A stretch of DNA of 63,982 nucleotides, counting the filler, from Thraustochytrium aureum (Eukaryota), in the NCBI GenBank assembly GCA_012862495.1. It is 4 parts of 3 records of this genome, joined end to end, with 100 filler letters (N's around TTAATTAATTAA, not from the genome) between each part and the next. Parts side by side here need not be neighbours in the genome. Positions count along the whole stretch, not along the records: positions 1 to 17,953 come from BLSG01000229.1; 3 more parts are not named here. One strand, written 5' to 3'. Below the pieces are notes generated by a model. That model was given only the letters and a program-made list of their open reading frames with translations, ran no database searches and was not told where the DNA came from. Below are positions 1 through 11,662 of the stretch, in pieces; the stretch's first letter is position 1; the number at the start of each line of letters is the position of its first letter. The translations under genes and the position numbers were made by a program.

Positions 1-133
1 TTATTCAATGCGCTGCCTGAGGGCCAGGACCAGTTGGTAAAACACGACCAGTTGGTGAAAACGCGACCAGGTAGAGCATGAGGGGTTGCCGCCCCGAACA
101 AGTGTCCATCGCCACTGCCTGGGCCGTGGTGTA

Positions 134-2894
134 CTATCTGAGGGCAAAGAATGGGGCCAGGACGCTTTGCAGCTTTGCAGCCTTCAGCACCGTCTCCTCC
201 ACCTCGGCCTGCACGTCGGAAAGGACAACAATGGCCCCACCGGTGCCCACCGAGACGCCTTCTGGGGTCACCACCGCTGTTCGAATCACGATGTTGAGGT
301 CGGAAGACCCGTTCAGCGAGAGAAACCCGAGCGAGCCAGAGTACACCCCGCGCTCGTCCTTCTCGAGCTCGTCAATAATCCGCATTGTTCGAAGCTTTGG
401 TGCGCCAGTCATCGAGCCACCGGGGAATGCTGCGCGAACCACGTCGAGGGTGCCGCATCCCGGGCCCAAGGTGCCCCGCACTGTACTGACAAGCTGGTGC
501 ACGCTGGCGAACGACTCAATTTCCATCAGCTTCGGCACGTGCACGCTGCCGATTTCGCAGACGCGGCCAATGTCGTTCCGCACGAGGTCCACAATCATGA
601 GGTTTTCGGAGCGATCCTTGGCGCTGCAGCGGAGGCTCTCCGCAAGTGCTTGATCTTCGGCAAGCGTCGAACCGCGCCTAATTGTGCCCTTGATCGGTTT
701 TGACTCCACGATGCCTCGCTGGTCAACTCGAAGGAATCGCTCTGGCGAGGAGCAGCACACTGCAAAGTCGCTCGTGCGTGACAGGTCCTCGCCGATGCGC
801 TCGACTTCGAAAAAGGCAGCATAGGGCGCGGGGTTGGAGCTGCGAAGCTTCTTGTAAACCGACCTGGACCTTGGCCGCAGGGACTGCGCGCTTGGCGTCG
901 GGCGGTACAGCTGTCTGGTGAGGCACACCTCGTAGGTTTCGCCATCGCGAATCAGCTCGATGCACCTTGCTATCTGCGCCGCATACTGGGCGTCGTCCGC
1001 GTTGGCCACGAGCGGCAGCGGCATGACGCCAGCGCCCGTCGCCGGCGCCGCGCCACTCTCAGTGGCTACTGGCGAGAGAGCGGGCGTCGATGTTTTGGCT
1101 CCTTCAAGGTGCTGAGCGAGCGCCGCAAGGCGCTGCTCCGCGATCGATGCCCAGCGGGCTTGATCTTCCCACTCGCGCCCCCGCGCGCGCGGACGTAGCG
1201 TCACGACATAGCACAGCTGCGAGTCGTGGTCCCAAGCGACAAAGCGGTCGACGAGCAAGAACGTCGCGTCTGGCACAAACTTGTCAGCGCCGCAAGCCTG
1301 TGGTCTGCCCGAGTGCTCCGCCGGCGCGTCGTCCGCTTTGGGCCCGGAATCGGCCGTGCGCTCGGGCGCAGGACTCTGCACACCGGTCGATTTTACTCCG
1401 CATAGCCGCCTCAAGCCGTAACCAAAATACCCAACGTAACCGGCGGAGAACGGGAAAGGGAGGTCCCACTCCGCGATTGGCCGGACCTCGCGCTGTTTGG
1501 ACTTTGGCCTCAAGTCTGAGGTAGGCGTGCAAGAAAATGTCGTGCAGGCCCGCAGCGACCTGACACTTTGCTCCAAGTACGCAAAGACGTCCGCATCATG
1601 GCCTTCCACCTGGGTCTCGGTTTTCCAAGCCGTGCTCGTTGGATCGCGGCTGCTGACGCGCAGAACCTGTCGCAGCAAGGCGCCAGAGGCCTCTGCGCCT
1701 GCGGCCTTGACGGTGCGATCTCGCGGGTCTACAAAGGCCTCGACGAGCTGCGCAAGCGGCCCGCTCGCGTCGCCCATGTAGGAAAACCGCGAGGCCGCCT
1801 CGGAAGCATCAGTGCCCGACGAGCGCCCGCGCGTGGCGCTATCGAGCCAGAAGCGCGATCGCGAGGTCGACCCCGCAGCTAAGGCTTCCGAAGATGGGAA
1901 CAGGGCATCGAAGACGAGCTCCGTGCACAGCTCGTCGTGCACCAAGTCTGCAAATGCGCGCACCTCTTGAACGACAAGCTCAAGGCCCTCCCGGAGCCCG
2001 ATACTGTGAGCACTGCTGCCGCGCTGCTCAAGTTCCTTGCCCTCTTCGCTAACTCGAGACTCGGAATCAGCGGCGCTCTCCACGACCTTCTTTCCGTGAT
2101 GCAACAGAGCGTTTTTCGGGCCCACGAGGCTCGGGTTTAGCGCGGCCGGCGGTCCCCAGCCCGGATGAGCGGTTCTAACAAAGGCCGTTGCAGCGCGGGT
2201 GAAATTGGCAACGAGTCGCTCACCAAACTGGGAGCAGATGGACTCTGGGTGGAATTGGACGCCCCATGCGAGCCGGCCTTCGCGCGCGAGTTCGAGGCCC
2301 ATCGCGACGCCGCACGCTGTACGGGCAACGATGCGGAGCGCTTCCGGTACAGCGAAAGACTCGTCTATGGCTAGCGAATGGTATCGCACCACCTCGAAGG
2401 GGCTCGGGATGCCCTCGAACATCGCCGCGCCATTGTGGTGGACCTGGCTCGTCCGCCCGTGCATGGGCTCGCGGGCGCGATTCACGGTGGCGCCAGAAAG
2501 GTGGGCAATAAGCTGGTGGCCGAGACAGACACCCAACACGGGGAGGCGGCCATCCTCGAGCGCGCCCTGGCTTAGACCGACGTCGCTCGGCGTGCTCGGC
2601 GAGCCTGGCCCTGGCGAAATTACGACGCAGTCGAACGCCTCCCCTGGGGGAAGCGCCTTGCAAAGGCAGTCCCAGCTCGCACCAAAGTCGTCGTTTTGCA
2701 CAACGAGCGGCTCCACGCCTTGGACGGCCGCAATGAGCTGTCCGCGAACGGGCCCAGGTTCACAAGACCCGAAACACCCTTCGTCGTCAGCCGCCTTGCT
2801 CCCAAGCCTCTCTCACCCGCTGCAGGGACCGATCACTCACCTGGTACAAATTAAACGTATAGCTGTCATAGTTGTCCACCAGCAGCGTGACCAT
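134..2894 (-). CDS. ABZ1: Aminodeoxychorismate (PABA) synthase, fused PabA glutaminase + PabB chorismate-binding domains; 2 exons (2894-2841, 2737-134)
   Basis: Exon 1 MVTLLVDNYDSYTFNLYQ splices in frame to LIAAVQGVEPLVVQND. GATase motifs ISPGPG, GVCLGHQ, RYHSL and GVQFHPES. PabB motifs SSPERFL, KPIKGT, ENLMIVDLVRND, PGGSMTGAPK and LNIVIRT. Confidence 0.96.
2738..2840 (-). other. Spliceosomal intron (103 bp) in the ADC synthase gene
   Basis: CAG|GTGAGT donor, GGCTGAC branch-like site and GGACAG| acceptor. Removal restores a phase-0 in-frame PabA N-terminus. Confidence 0.92.
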
Positions 2895-3654
2895 GCCTCG
2901 CAACGCGGCGGCCCAGCTGGGCCCGCCGCCTCGGCCGCCACAGCACCAACAAATCCACAAAAAAACCAAGCCCACGCCCCAAAATCCGTGACGACAGCAG
3001 CCGGTGCAGGAGGGCCAGCCGCGACAGCCGCCGTCCTCCGCCTCTGCCGCGCTGGTGCTGCTGGAGCAGCGGGCGCTCGCGGGGCTATTGCAGGTCTGTC
3101 TGTCTGCCTCTGCGTCTGGTCCTGTGCGTCAGGCACGAGCGCATGCGACTCACCTTGCACTCTTACATTCTCGTCACGAGTGCTCCGAAAGAGTGGACTC
3201 GCAGCGCTCTGGGGCCGGCCTGGCACTGGCATCGCGGCCAGAGCCAGAGCAGATCGCCCTGGCACCGCGCGTGGGGCGTGGGTGGGCCCATGTCCTGGGT
3301 TGGTGCGCTGCGTGCTCCGTCCAGGGCGGGTTTGCGTGCAAGAAGCCGGCTGGAGCTGCATGTGCCTACTCGGCCAAGCCAAAGCCTGATCGATCAGTGC
3401 TGGCGGGCGCACGGGCCCAGGCGAGTGAGCGCCCGCCATCCGGGTGCCCTTAGTACCTACTTGAACCTGCCTACTGCACGGTGCGAGTACTCCTTGCGCT
3501 TCTCGCAGGCCTCCTCGAGCGCCTGGCATCGTCGGCGTCGATCGATCGATACGCGGAGGGTGATTCCTTTGTTCGCGTTCGCACGACTGGCAGCCCTTGA
3601 CGCAGTGCGCGACTTTGAACAGAGCCTTTACTTCAGGACACGGACTTGGGGCTG

Positions 3655-4638
3655 ATGGAGGCTGCGGGGAGGCACGCCGTGAGGCACGCCGTGAGGCTGC
3701 TGGTCAACGAAAGGGGCTTGCTGGGGGCTCGAAAAAGGGCCGCGATTGCGGCGGCCTTCGCTGACGCACACGCTGCTCTTCGGACTGCCGTGGGGCCGAG
3801 CAGAAGCAAGTGGGTGCCACCGGCGCTCGAGACGCAATGGACACGAAACCTTGAAGAGCGACCCCTGGTGAAACTGATTATGTGCGGGGACGAGGAGATG
3901 GCACGACGGAACAACTTCGTGAGGGGCAAACACGAGCCGACCGACGTGCTTTCCATTCCCGCTCACTTTCGCGAATTGTCGGTTGTCGAATGGAGCGCAA
4001 CCGCTCTCAAACCGAAGGCGCAAGCTGTGTCGACAAGCGACCAGCGTCCAGTCACTGGCGCTGGCGGGTCCGAGCTCACAGAGGCCGATATCATCGCAAT
4101 GGTCAGACGCGTTCAAGCCGAAGACACCTCGGGCACTGCTGACGCTGTCGACGACGCTTTCGACGACGCTTTCGACGAGCTCGAGGGCTTTTCGAGCGAC
4201 GAGGAGGAGTTGTACAGCTCCGACGAGGATGCCTCTAGCTCCGACGACGCTGCTGATTTTGACGACATGTATTGTGACGACAACGACGATATGGTGATTT
4301 ACGACCGTGCAGAGTTGAGGCCTCTCGACTCAGGGGACCAAAGCCGCACAACACTAAGCGCGCCTGTGACGCCGCGCGAATCGAGACCCTCCCACGTGAG
4401 CCTCGGCGCGTTGGTGATCTCCCTCGACACCGCAGACTCTCAAGCGCAGGAACACGGCCTCTCACTCCGCGAGGAGACGCGCGTCCTCCTCGTGCACGGC
4501 CTCTTGCACCTTCTCGGGCACGACCACGAGCGCGGCGACGAGGCGTACAACGCGATGATGAAAGCAGAGGCAGCCCTCCTCACCGAGCTCGGCTGGAGGG
4601 GAAGCGGCCTCTGCGGCCTCGCCACCGACGAGCCCTGA
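3655..4638 (+). CDS. ybeY: YbeY-family rRNA maturation endoribonuclease with a long acidic insertion
   Basis: N..RGKHEPTDVLSIP, LGALVISLDTA..QA and the Zn motif LLVHGLLHLLGHDH. Confidence 0.9.
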   Translation: MEAAGRHAVRHAVRLLVNERGLLGARKRAAIAAAFADAHAALRTAVGPSRSKWVPPALETQWTRNLEERPLVKLIMCGDEEMARRNNFVRGKHEPTDVLSIPAHFRELSVVEWSATALKPKAQAVSTSDQRPVTGAGGSELTEADIIAMVRRVQAEDTSGTADAVDDAFDDAFDELEGFSSDEEELYSSDEDASSSDDAADFDDMYCDDNDDMVIYDRAELRPLDSGDQSRTTLSAPVTPRESRPSHVSLGALVISLDTADSQAQEHGLSLREETRVLLVHGLLHLLGHDHERGDEAYNAMMKAEAALLTELGWRGSGLCGLATDEP

Positions 4639-5403
4639 TCTCCAGACGCCGCGCGCCACGTGGAAGAAGACGACGACGACGACGACGGCATTGGCGCCCG
4701 ATGGCATTGACGCCCGATGGCCCAACCAACGCACGAGGACTCGGTCAAGTACTCCTATACTCTGCAGCTTGGTAGGTAGTATGGACTTATTGTACTCGCT
4801 CAAAACTGGGCTCGCTCGACGTCGTAATTTTAGGTGTGAAAAAGATTTGCGAAAGACTTTTCTTCGGCGTCCCAAAAGANNNNNNNNNNNNNNNNNNNNN
4901 NNNNNNNNNNNNNNNNNNNNNNNNNNNNNNNNNNNNNNNNNNNNNNNNNNNNNNNNNNNNNNNNNNNNNNNNNNNNNNNNNNNNNNNNNNNNNNNNNNNN
5001 NNNNNNNNNNNNNNNNNNNNNNNNNNNNNNNNNNNNNNNNNNNNNNNNNNNNNNNNNNNNNNNNNNNNNNNNNNNNNNNNNNNNNNNNNNNNNNNNNNNN
5101 NNNNNNNNNNNNNNNNNNNNNNNNNNNNNNNNNNNNNNNNNNNNNNNNNNNNNNNNNNNNNNNNNNNNNNNNNNNNNNNNNNNNNNNNNNNNNNNNNNNN
5201 NNNNNNNNNNNNNNNNNNNNNNNNNNNNNNNNNNNNNNNNNNNNNNNNNNNNNNNNNNNNNNNNNNNNNNNNNNNNNNNNNNNNNNNNNNNNNNNNNNNN
5301 NNNNNNNNNNNNNNNNNNNNNNNNNNNNNNNNNNNNNNNNNNNNNNNNNNNNNNNNNNNNNNNNNNNNNNNNNNNNNNNNNNNNNNNNNNNNNNNNNNNN
5401 NNN

Positions 5404-8065
5404 TGACGCGAGCGAATCTGGCGGCGGCTACGACAATAGTGCGGTGGACTGCCCGCGCATTGACAGCCGAGCAGAGCGTTCGCCGCTCAGTTTGGTTGAA
5501 CTGTGCCTTCGCACTCTCTGCACCCACGCACGAGAGTGGACAGACGACCAAGGCCAGCCGTGCGCCAACTTGAGCGCTCTTCCACCCCACGTCGCCGAGG
5601 AGCTCTTCGCGATGGCCCGCCGCCACAAGCTCCTGAACGAGGGCATATTGCGAGCCTTTGACGGGTGCACGATCCGCGCGGCTCGGCTCGACAGGTACCC
5701 TGGTGTTACCGACAATTGGGTGCAGCCCTTGACACGACTTAAGGGCTTGCGCGAGCTCGACTTTTCGCACTGCAGCACCATAACGGACGAGGGTTTCCGC
5801 TCTGTGGCAGCGCTGGGCTTTGGCAACGCGCAGGTCCAGTTGCTCAAGTTGGAGCGATGCTCGGGGCTCACAGACGCCAGCGTTGCGCTCGTAGTTCACG
5901 CACTCGGCCACTCGTTGCGCGAGCTCAGTTTGGCCGGCTGCGCGCACCTCACGGACGCCACCCTGGCCCGGGTCTTGGGTTGCCGCAAGCTCCGCACTCT
6001 ATCCCTGGAGCGCTGCCAGCTCATGACGCGCGCCTACCTTTGCCAAATCGGGCTGCTTTGCAACTTGCGAGTACTCGATCTGTCACTGATGCCCGCCGTC
6101 GACGACGACGTGCTGTCGGCGTTCCGGCCACGCGACGCGAGAGGGGCGCCGCTTGTCGTTGCTGCGGTGCAAAAGTGCCACTGCGGAGCTCGAGCTGCTC
6201 GGTACGGGTTTCCCGCGGCTATCGCGCTGGCAGCTGAGCAAGCCACGATGCGACTGCCTGCTTCAGCGGCCAGCTCGTCCGGCTCGGACGACGACGAAGG
6301 CTCCTCGGACGAGGGCCTCTCTGCAACCCACGAAAGCGAGGCCAGCGCGAATGACCTAGACGGTGAACCCTCGGGTGCAAGCCCGCGACGCGCTGTGGAA
6401 GAACTCGAAGGCGAGGATGGGCCCTTTTGGCTGGAAGACGGAGGGCAGGAGAACGATGTTTCAAACTCCATCGCAGGCCAAGGCGAGCTTAAGCAAGAGG
6501 CAGCTAGCACCAGCCGGCTTCGCAAGCTCCTGCGCCCGCGCAAGTCCCGCCACAAAGGCACAGGCCTTGAAGACAGCGCAGCTGCGCGGGCGCCACTGTC
6601 TGAACAGGCGTCAAGCGGGCAGCTCAGGAGCGACTTGGCGGTTTTGGGCGAACCGCCCAAGACGAGGGCCCTCAAAAGCCGCATGCCAAACGCCCGTACC
6701 CTTCTCAAGATGGCGCCAACAATGCTCGGCTCAGGCAGTTCGAGCTCGCGCGGTGTGACCAGACGCGAAAACGCAACGCCTCGGCGGTCGACGGGGTCGG
6801 AGGCGACGGCGAGCATGCCGATCCCGAACGCGCCTGCTGTTCATGCGTTTCTCGCCGAGTCAGAGCTGAGGGCTGGGCGGCTCTTGGGCCGTGGCAGCGA
6901 GGCCCATCGGGCCATGCACTCGTGGAACGGCGGAACGTCAATGTGCAGTCGCCAAGCCGACGTGATGACGCTTGCAATGCAGCTTGAGGCTGTGCGCCGC
7001 ACCGGGCTCCGCAAGCTAGAGCAGCTGAGGCTCTCTTGGTGCAAGGTGACCGACGCCGGGTGCTCGCACCTCGCCTCGCTTCGCCGACTTACGCACCTCT
7101 CGTTGGCAGGCAACAAGCTGACGGCGCGCGGCGCCTCGGAGCTGCGCTCGCTCGAGCAGCTGCGCAGCCTCGACCTCGAGCGCTGCGGGCCGGTGGGCGC
7201 CGCTCTCGAGTCCTTGGCTCAACTTCCGCTGCTTGAGAACGTCTCTGTTGCGCGGGTAGTTCTTCCACGCTTGCACTTGGTCCGAGGGTTCCCAAGCCTC
7301 GTCTCCGTCGACCTTCGAGGCACCGCCGTGGACGACCACACCATCGCCGCAATCGCGCAGTGTGCGCCGCGCCTCAAGGTTCTTCGAGTGGCCTCCTGCG
7401 CCCTGTCAACGGCAGCGTTTCAGCAAATCGGCAAGCTCGTGGACCTCGAGGTGCTCGACGTAGGGGAGACGGGGCTGAGCGACCGAGGGGCGGTACACCT
7501 GTCCGGCCTGGTGCGCCTGAGAGAACTGGACCTGTTTCAGTGCGAGGTCTCGTCGTCGTTGTTGCGCTTGTTTCTTCCAAGCTTGATCCAACTGGAGCGG
7601 CTAAACTTGGACGTGGCCGAGGTGACGAGCGGCTCGCTCAGCGGCCTGCACTTTCTGGTGCGGCTGCGGCACCTCGACCTATTCGGCGCCAAAGTGACAG
7701 ACTCGGCCTGCAAAGCTCTAGCGAGCGCGCGTCTTCCGTGTCTCGAGTCGCTGGAGATCTGCGGCGGCTTTGTCACTGACGCAGGCGTTTCCTACCTCGC
7801 AGAATTCGAGTCCAAGCTGAAACGCATCAATCTATCGCAAAACGCAAGCATAACCGACGCCGGAGTCAAGCGCTTGGCTGAAGCCTTCGGGTCGAGCATG
7901 CGTTCGTTGGCGCTCTCCAACACCAAGATCACGCGACACTCGATTACGCTGTTCGCCTCCTTTGTTTTCCTGGAGGAGCTGGTTGTGCGAGGCTGCGCCC
8001 TTCCGGCCACGTCCCTCACGGCGCTAAGAAGCGCGCTGCCAGACCTCTGGTCGGTGATGCTCTAG
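5404..8065 (+). CDS. Leucine-rich repeat (RNI/F-box-LRR-like) protein; 5' end in the N gap
   Basis: N-terminal PLSLVELCL..LPPHVAEELF; many LxxLxLxxC/ITDxG repeats (LRELDFSHCSTITDEGF, LEQLRLSWCKVTDAG, LKRINLSQNASITDAGV) split by a low-complexity insert. Confidence 0.88.
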
Positions 8066-8195
8066 CTAGCTAGAGCTTGCCAACCGCTGCGGCATTCAGC
8101 AGCGCGCGCAAGTGGGACAGCGAGGACGCCGCGCTTGTGAAGGCGCGGGCGCCGGTGTGGGGGGCAGATTTGGGTTGCGCTGCCGGGCTGGATGT

Positions 8196-8290
8196 GACTT
8201 AACCAGAGTTCGGGTCGCCGGGTCGCTGAATAAGACCTAACCAGAGTTCGGGTCGCTGGGTCGCTGAATAAGACTTAAAACCAGAGTTCG
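8196..8290. repeat. 38-bp tandem repeat, about 2.5 copies
   Basis: GAC(T/C)TAACCAGAGTTCGGGTCGC(C/T)GGGTCGCTGAATAA at 8196 and 8234, with a partial copy at 8272. No spacers. Confidence 0.9.
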
Positions 8291-8353
8291 TTTGCTACCG
8301 AGATACAATGTGGTTGATGGAAAATGTCGAAACTGCGGCTTGCGGCGCTGCCG

Positions 8354-8749
8354 TCAGAACGCCAAGCTCCCGGTCAGACTTGAGGCAAGGGGCGCGGAAG
8401 CCTTGCCGATGGTGCAGCTCCGCCCCAAGCAAGTCGTCTCATCGATCGACGTGCCAAGCGTCAAAAACTTGCAGCCCCCACCATCGCAAGTTGGATTCGT
8501 GCAGCGCTCAAACTCGCACCCGCCGCCCGAGCAGGACGGTCCGTCGCACCTCACAAACCTGCACACCCCACCCGCGCACGTCACCGGGCTCTTGCAGTTT
8601 TCAAAGAGGCATCCTCCGCCCGGGCAGGCCCCGCCCTTCGCCCGCGCATCGCCCACGCACGGCGTCGGCTTGTAAGTCCGCTTCGCAGTTGCGTCGCCGA
8701 CCTGGACGGCAACGACAGCCACCAGAACAGCCGCCCACAGGCGCCGCAT
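8354..8749 (-). CDS. Small secreted Cys/Gly-rich repeat protein (131 aa)
   Basis: Signal-peptide-like MRRLWAAVLVAVVAVQVGDA, then about 15-aa repeats CxGGxCxFxxCxxPx; 14 Cys. Confidence 0.75.
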   Translation of the reverse strand: MRRLWAAVLVAVVAVQVGDATAKRTYKPTPCVGDARAKGGACPGGGCLFENCKSPVTCAGGVCRFVRCDGPSCSGGGCEFERCTNPTCDGGGCKFLTLGTSIDETTCLGRSCTIGKASAPLASSLTGSLAF

Positions 8750-8949
8750 CCCAGATTGCATCCAGCTGGCCCCACAGCCGCGCAAGTAGGCCCAAGCCAG
8801 GCCGCCTGGATCGACCGACCGATCGTCGATCTGCCACTTGGCGCGTCCCCGACAGCCTTCAACTCGCGCTGCAAGACTCGGAATTGCATCGAGTACCGGC
8901 CTCCTTCGATGTAAAGGGCCGTTGCGTCCGGCTGGATGCTGAGGGAACT

Positions 8950-9085
8950 CCTTTTGTTCTTCATTTGTTCTTTGTTCTTTGGCACCGAGAGAATTGTTCT
9001 TTTATTCTTCTACTGTTCTTTTGCACCGAGGGAAGTTGTTCTTTTATTCTTCTGTTCTTTGTTCTTTGATGTTCTTTGTTCTTTG
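8950..9085. repeat. Pyrimidine-rich low-complexity tract (TTGTTCT-type units) with an internal ~41-bp duplication
   Basis: Two copies of GCACCGAG(A/G)GAA..TTGTTCTTTTATTCTTCT among TTGTTCTT units, between divergent genes. Confidence 0.8.
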
Positions 9086-9286
9086 GCGCCGTCCATGACG
9101 CTGACACGGTCAGGGACACATCCTCACTCTCCTCCGGCCAAACCGGCGAGGTGCACGCGCACAAGCAGACCGCGAACGGGCACGCCTCGCTGCGAGGCAA
9201 AGCGACATCGCAGGCCAGCGTGCGGAGGGACCGCAGACCGGACACGTGCGTTTCCTGCCTGCACGTGCGAAGCGAGGGCTGCTTGC

Positions 9287-11472
9287 ATGGCGCTCCAAGA
9301 TGGGCCGGCCGCGACCGCCAGCGCGGGAAGCAGGTGGGAGCACGACATGCAGCTGATGCACACGGGGATTGAGAAGCTGTTCATGAACGAGTTTGACGAG
9401 AGCGAGAAGCTGTTCAAAACGGGGATGGAGCTGGACCCGCCCAGGAGCGGCACCGGCGAGTACGACATTCGAGGTTCGTTTGCGCTGGTGAACGCGCTTG
9501 TTGCGGTGATGCGGGGCGTGGCCACGTTTGCGGATGACCAGCTCAAAGAGTGCGAGGAGCGGCTCAGGCAGGCAGACAGCCTTGCGGCACAAGAAGCGCA
9601 AAACTGGGCCGGGAAAAAGGTGACGCGCGGAATTTGCACCCTGTCAATCGGGATTCTGCAGATGATCGAGCACTCGTACGTCAAAGGTATCTACAATGTT
9701 CTGAAAAGTTGGACGTGGATCCGCACGCTCAAGACGGAGGCGGTCGACTTTCAAGGCAAGGAGCGGGAGGTGGTCCGCTCCGCCGCGCTGTTCACGCTGG
9801 GCTCGTTCTACATGATCATCGGACTGTTGCCCCCCACTACGATGAAGCTGGCGAGCTGGCTGAGCGGGTTCCCGGGGGACCGCGAGGAAGGCCTGCGCAT
9901 GATCCGCGAATGCTGGGTCGAGGAGGGGCTCCTCTCGCCTTGGGCCGCCCTGACGCTCATCAGCTACAACGTCGACACCAAGACGTTTCTCGGCGAGGCG
10001 CTCACGCCAGACCAAGTGGCGGAAACCAAAGCCGTCATCGACTGGGCCTCCAAAAAGTTTCCCGGCTCGCTCTTCTTCTCGGGTCTCGCCGCCGACTTTG
10101 TGGCTGTCAGCGAGCGAGACGTCGTGCGGGCACGCGCCATTCACGAGCAGGAGGCGCCAGAGATGAGCAAGCTCCCCGCGCTTACATGGGTACTCAACTA
10201 CAAGCGCGGAATTTACGCCCTCACAGAGATGGCGTGGCCCGCGGCGGGCCGCGCTTTTCAGACTTCGCTTGGGGTCTATGTGGAGGCCGGCCGCCGCTCG
10301 ATGGTCCCGTTCATGGCTGCGTACGCGCTCATCTGCTACTCGCAAAGCGAGGTAGAGGGCCTCGAAGTGGAGGCGACCCGCGCCGCAGCTGCCGACATGC
10401 TTGCGCTTCTTGAAAAATACAAGGCCATGCCCAAGAAGGACTGGGGCCGCCAGGACAAGTGGGCCTTCAAAGTACTCGGCCGGTACGGGGACGGCTCGCC
10501 GGGGCGCAGAGGCCTTGAGCGCCTCGGGATGCGACGGGCCAAGGGCGCGAGCAAGCAGGCAAGCAGTGGCCCGTGGCCACTGGCTGATCTGGCCGTCATC
10601 ATGGCGCACCAGGTGCGCTGCACGTGGTGGATGAGCCAGGACAGCCTTGGCAAGCTATACAACAAGATTGCTGCAGAGATTGCTGCGAGAGAGACGCAAG
10701 GGACGTGCAGCGCTGACGATCGCGTCAGGCTCTGCATGGCCACTATCGACATTCTGCGCCAAAAGGGCGATGTCGCGGAGGCCCATCGGGAGCACGCGCG
10801 CGCTTGCGCGCTCGAGAGCGAGCTCAGCAAGGAGGGCCGCGAGCTTGGCGCGATGGGCATGAATGACTACCTGGCAGCGCTAATGAGCTACGAGGCCGGC
10901 GACCTCGCGACGACAAAGCATTTTCTCACCCGAGTCAAGCGCCGCGGCACAAAGTACGACCTCTACCAATTGATCATGCTCAAAATGGTGGCTCTCTCGC
11001 GCTCCGTCGGGGTGGATTTGGACCAAGAGTACGAGACGCTGGACATTCCAGCAGGCAAATCGGTCACCCTCGAGGTGGCCGTCGGTGGCGCAGACGGCGG
11101 CGCGTTTCCGTTTGTCAAGTGGTTTTGGCTTGTGGCCAAGCACACGATCAACTTTCGCGTGCAGTTTCTCCCTGCCTCCGGGGCCAAGGCCGTCACGATC
11201 CAGGAGGCTTCGGGCAAAGAGGCAGCAGAGGAGGCCGCCACGGGCGAGCTGCTCATCGAGGAGCACGGAGCGGGCAAAGTAAGTTTTTGCGGCTGTACAG
11301 CTCTGCGCTCGCGCGTTTTGGCAAGTCGTGAGCAGCACTGACGATGTTCCGTTTCCACCAACGGCAGCTGCAACTCACTTGGGACAATTCGTTCAGCATG
11401 CTTCGCGGCAAGACGGTAAAGTACCGGCTTTCGCCGCCAGGCCTGAACGTGGCGTTCCTCAATAGCAGTTAG
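9287..11472 (+). CDS. TTC39/IML2-like TPR protein with C-terminal GOLD domain; 2 exons (9287-11278, 11368-11472)
   Basis: TTC39-like segments (LFMNEFDESEKLF, SYVKGIYNVLKSW, GSFYMIIGLLPP..MKLASWLSGFPGDREEGLRMI, KFPGSLFF). GOLD-like IPAGKSVTLEV..KWFWLVAKHTINFRV, plus spliced LQLTWDNSFSMLRGKTVKY. Confidence 0.82.
11279..11367 (+). other. Spliceosomal intron (89 bp) in the TTC39-GOLD gene
   Basis: AAA|GTAAGT donor, CACTGAC branch and GGCAG| acceptor; phase 0; completes the GOLD WDNSFS motif. Confidence 0.9.
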
Positions 11473-11662
11473 TAGGTCTTTGTAGGTGAAGGTTGCCCAG
11501 GCGCTGGCCAGACAGAACGTTTTCTACAAAATTGTTTTTAAGACGGCGCTGCCGCTCGAGCACCAAAGAACAGGACGTGCGAGTCAGAGCCGACTGACAC
11601 TCTCGCTCTGCGGTGGTGCCGGTCGTTACTTCATTCTGAGGGCTTTGCGAAGGTCGTTTCCG

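Noticed and set aside
28..71. Short ~18-bp GACCAGTTGGT tandem repeat
   Set aside because: Only about 2.5 imperfect copies in a 3' flank; an ordinary slippage repeat.
134..2894. PabA-PabB fusion as a novelty
   Set aside because: Fused ADC synthase is the normal eukaryotic form (yeast ABZ1, plants).
8196..8290. 38-bp repeats resembling a CRISPR array
   Set aside because: The copies are directly adjacent with no unique spacers, there are no cas genes, and the context is eukaryotic.
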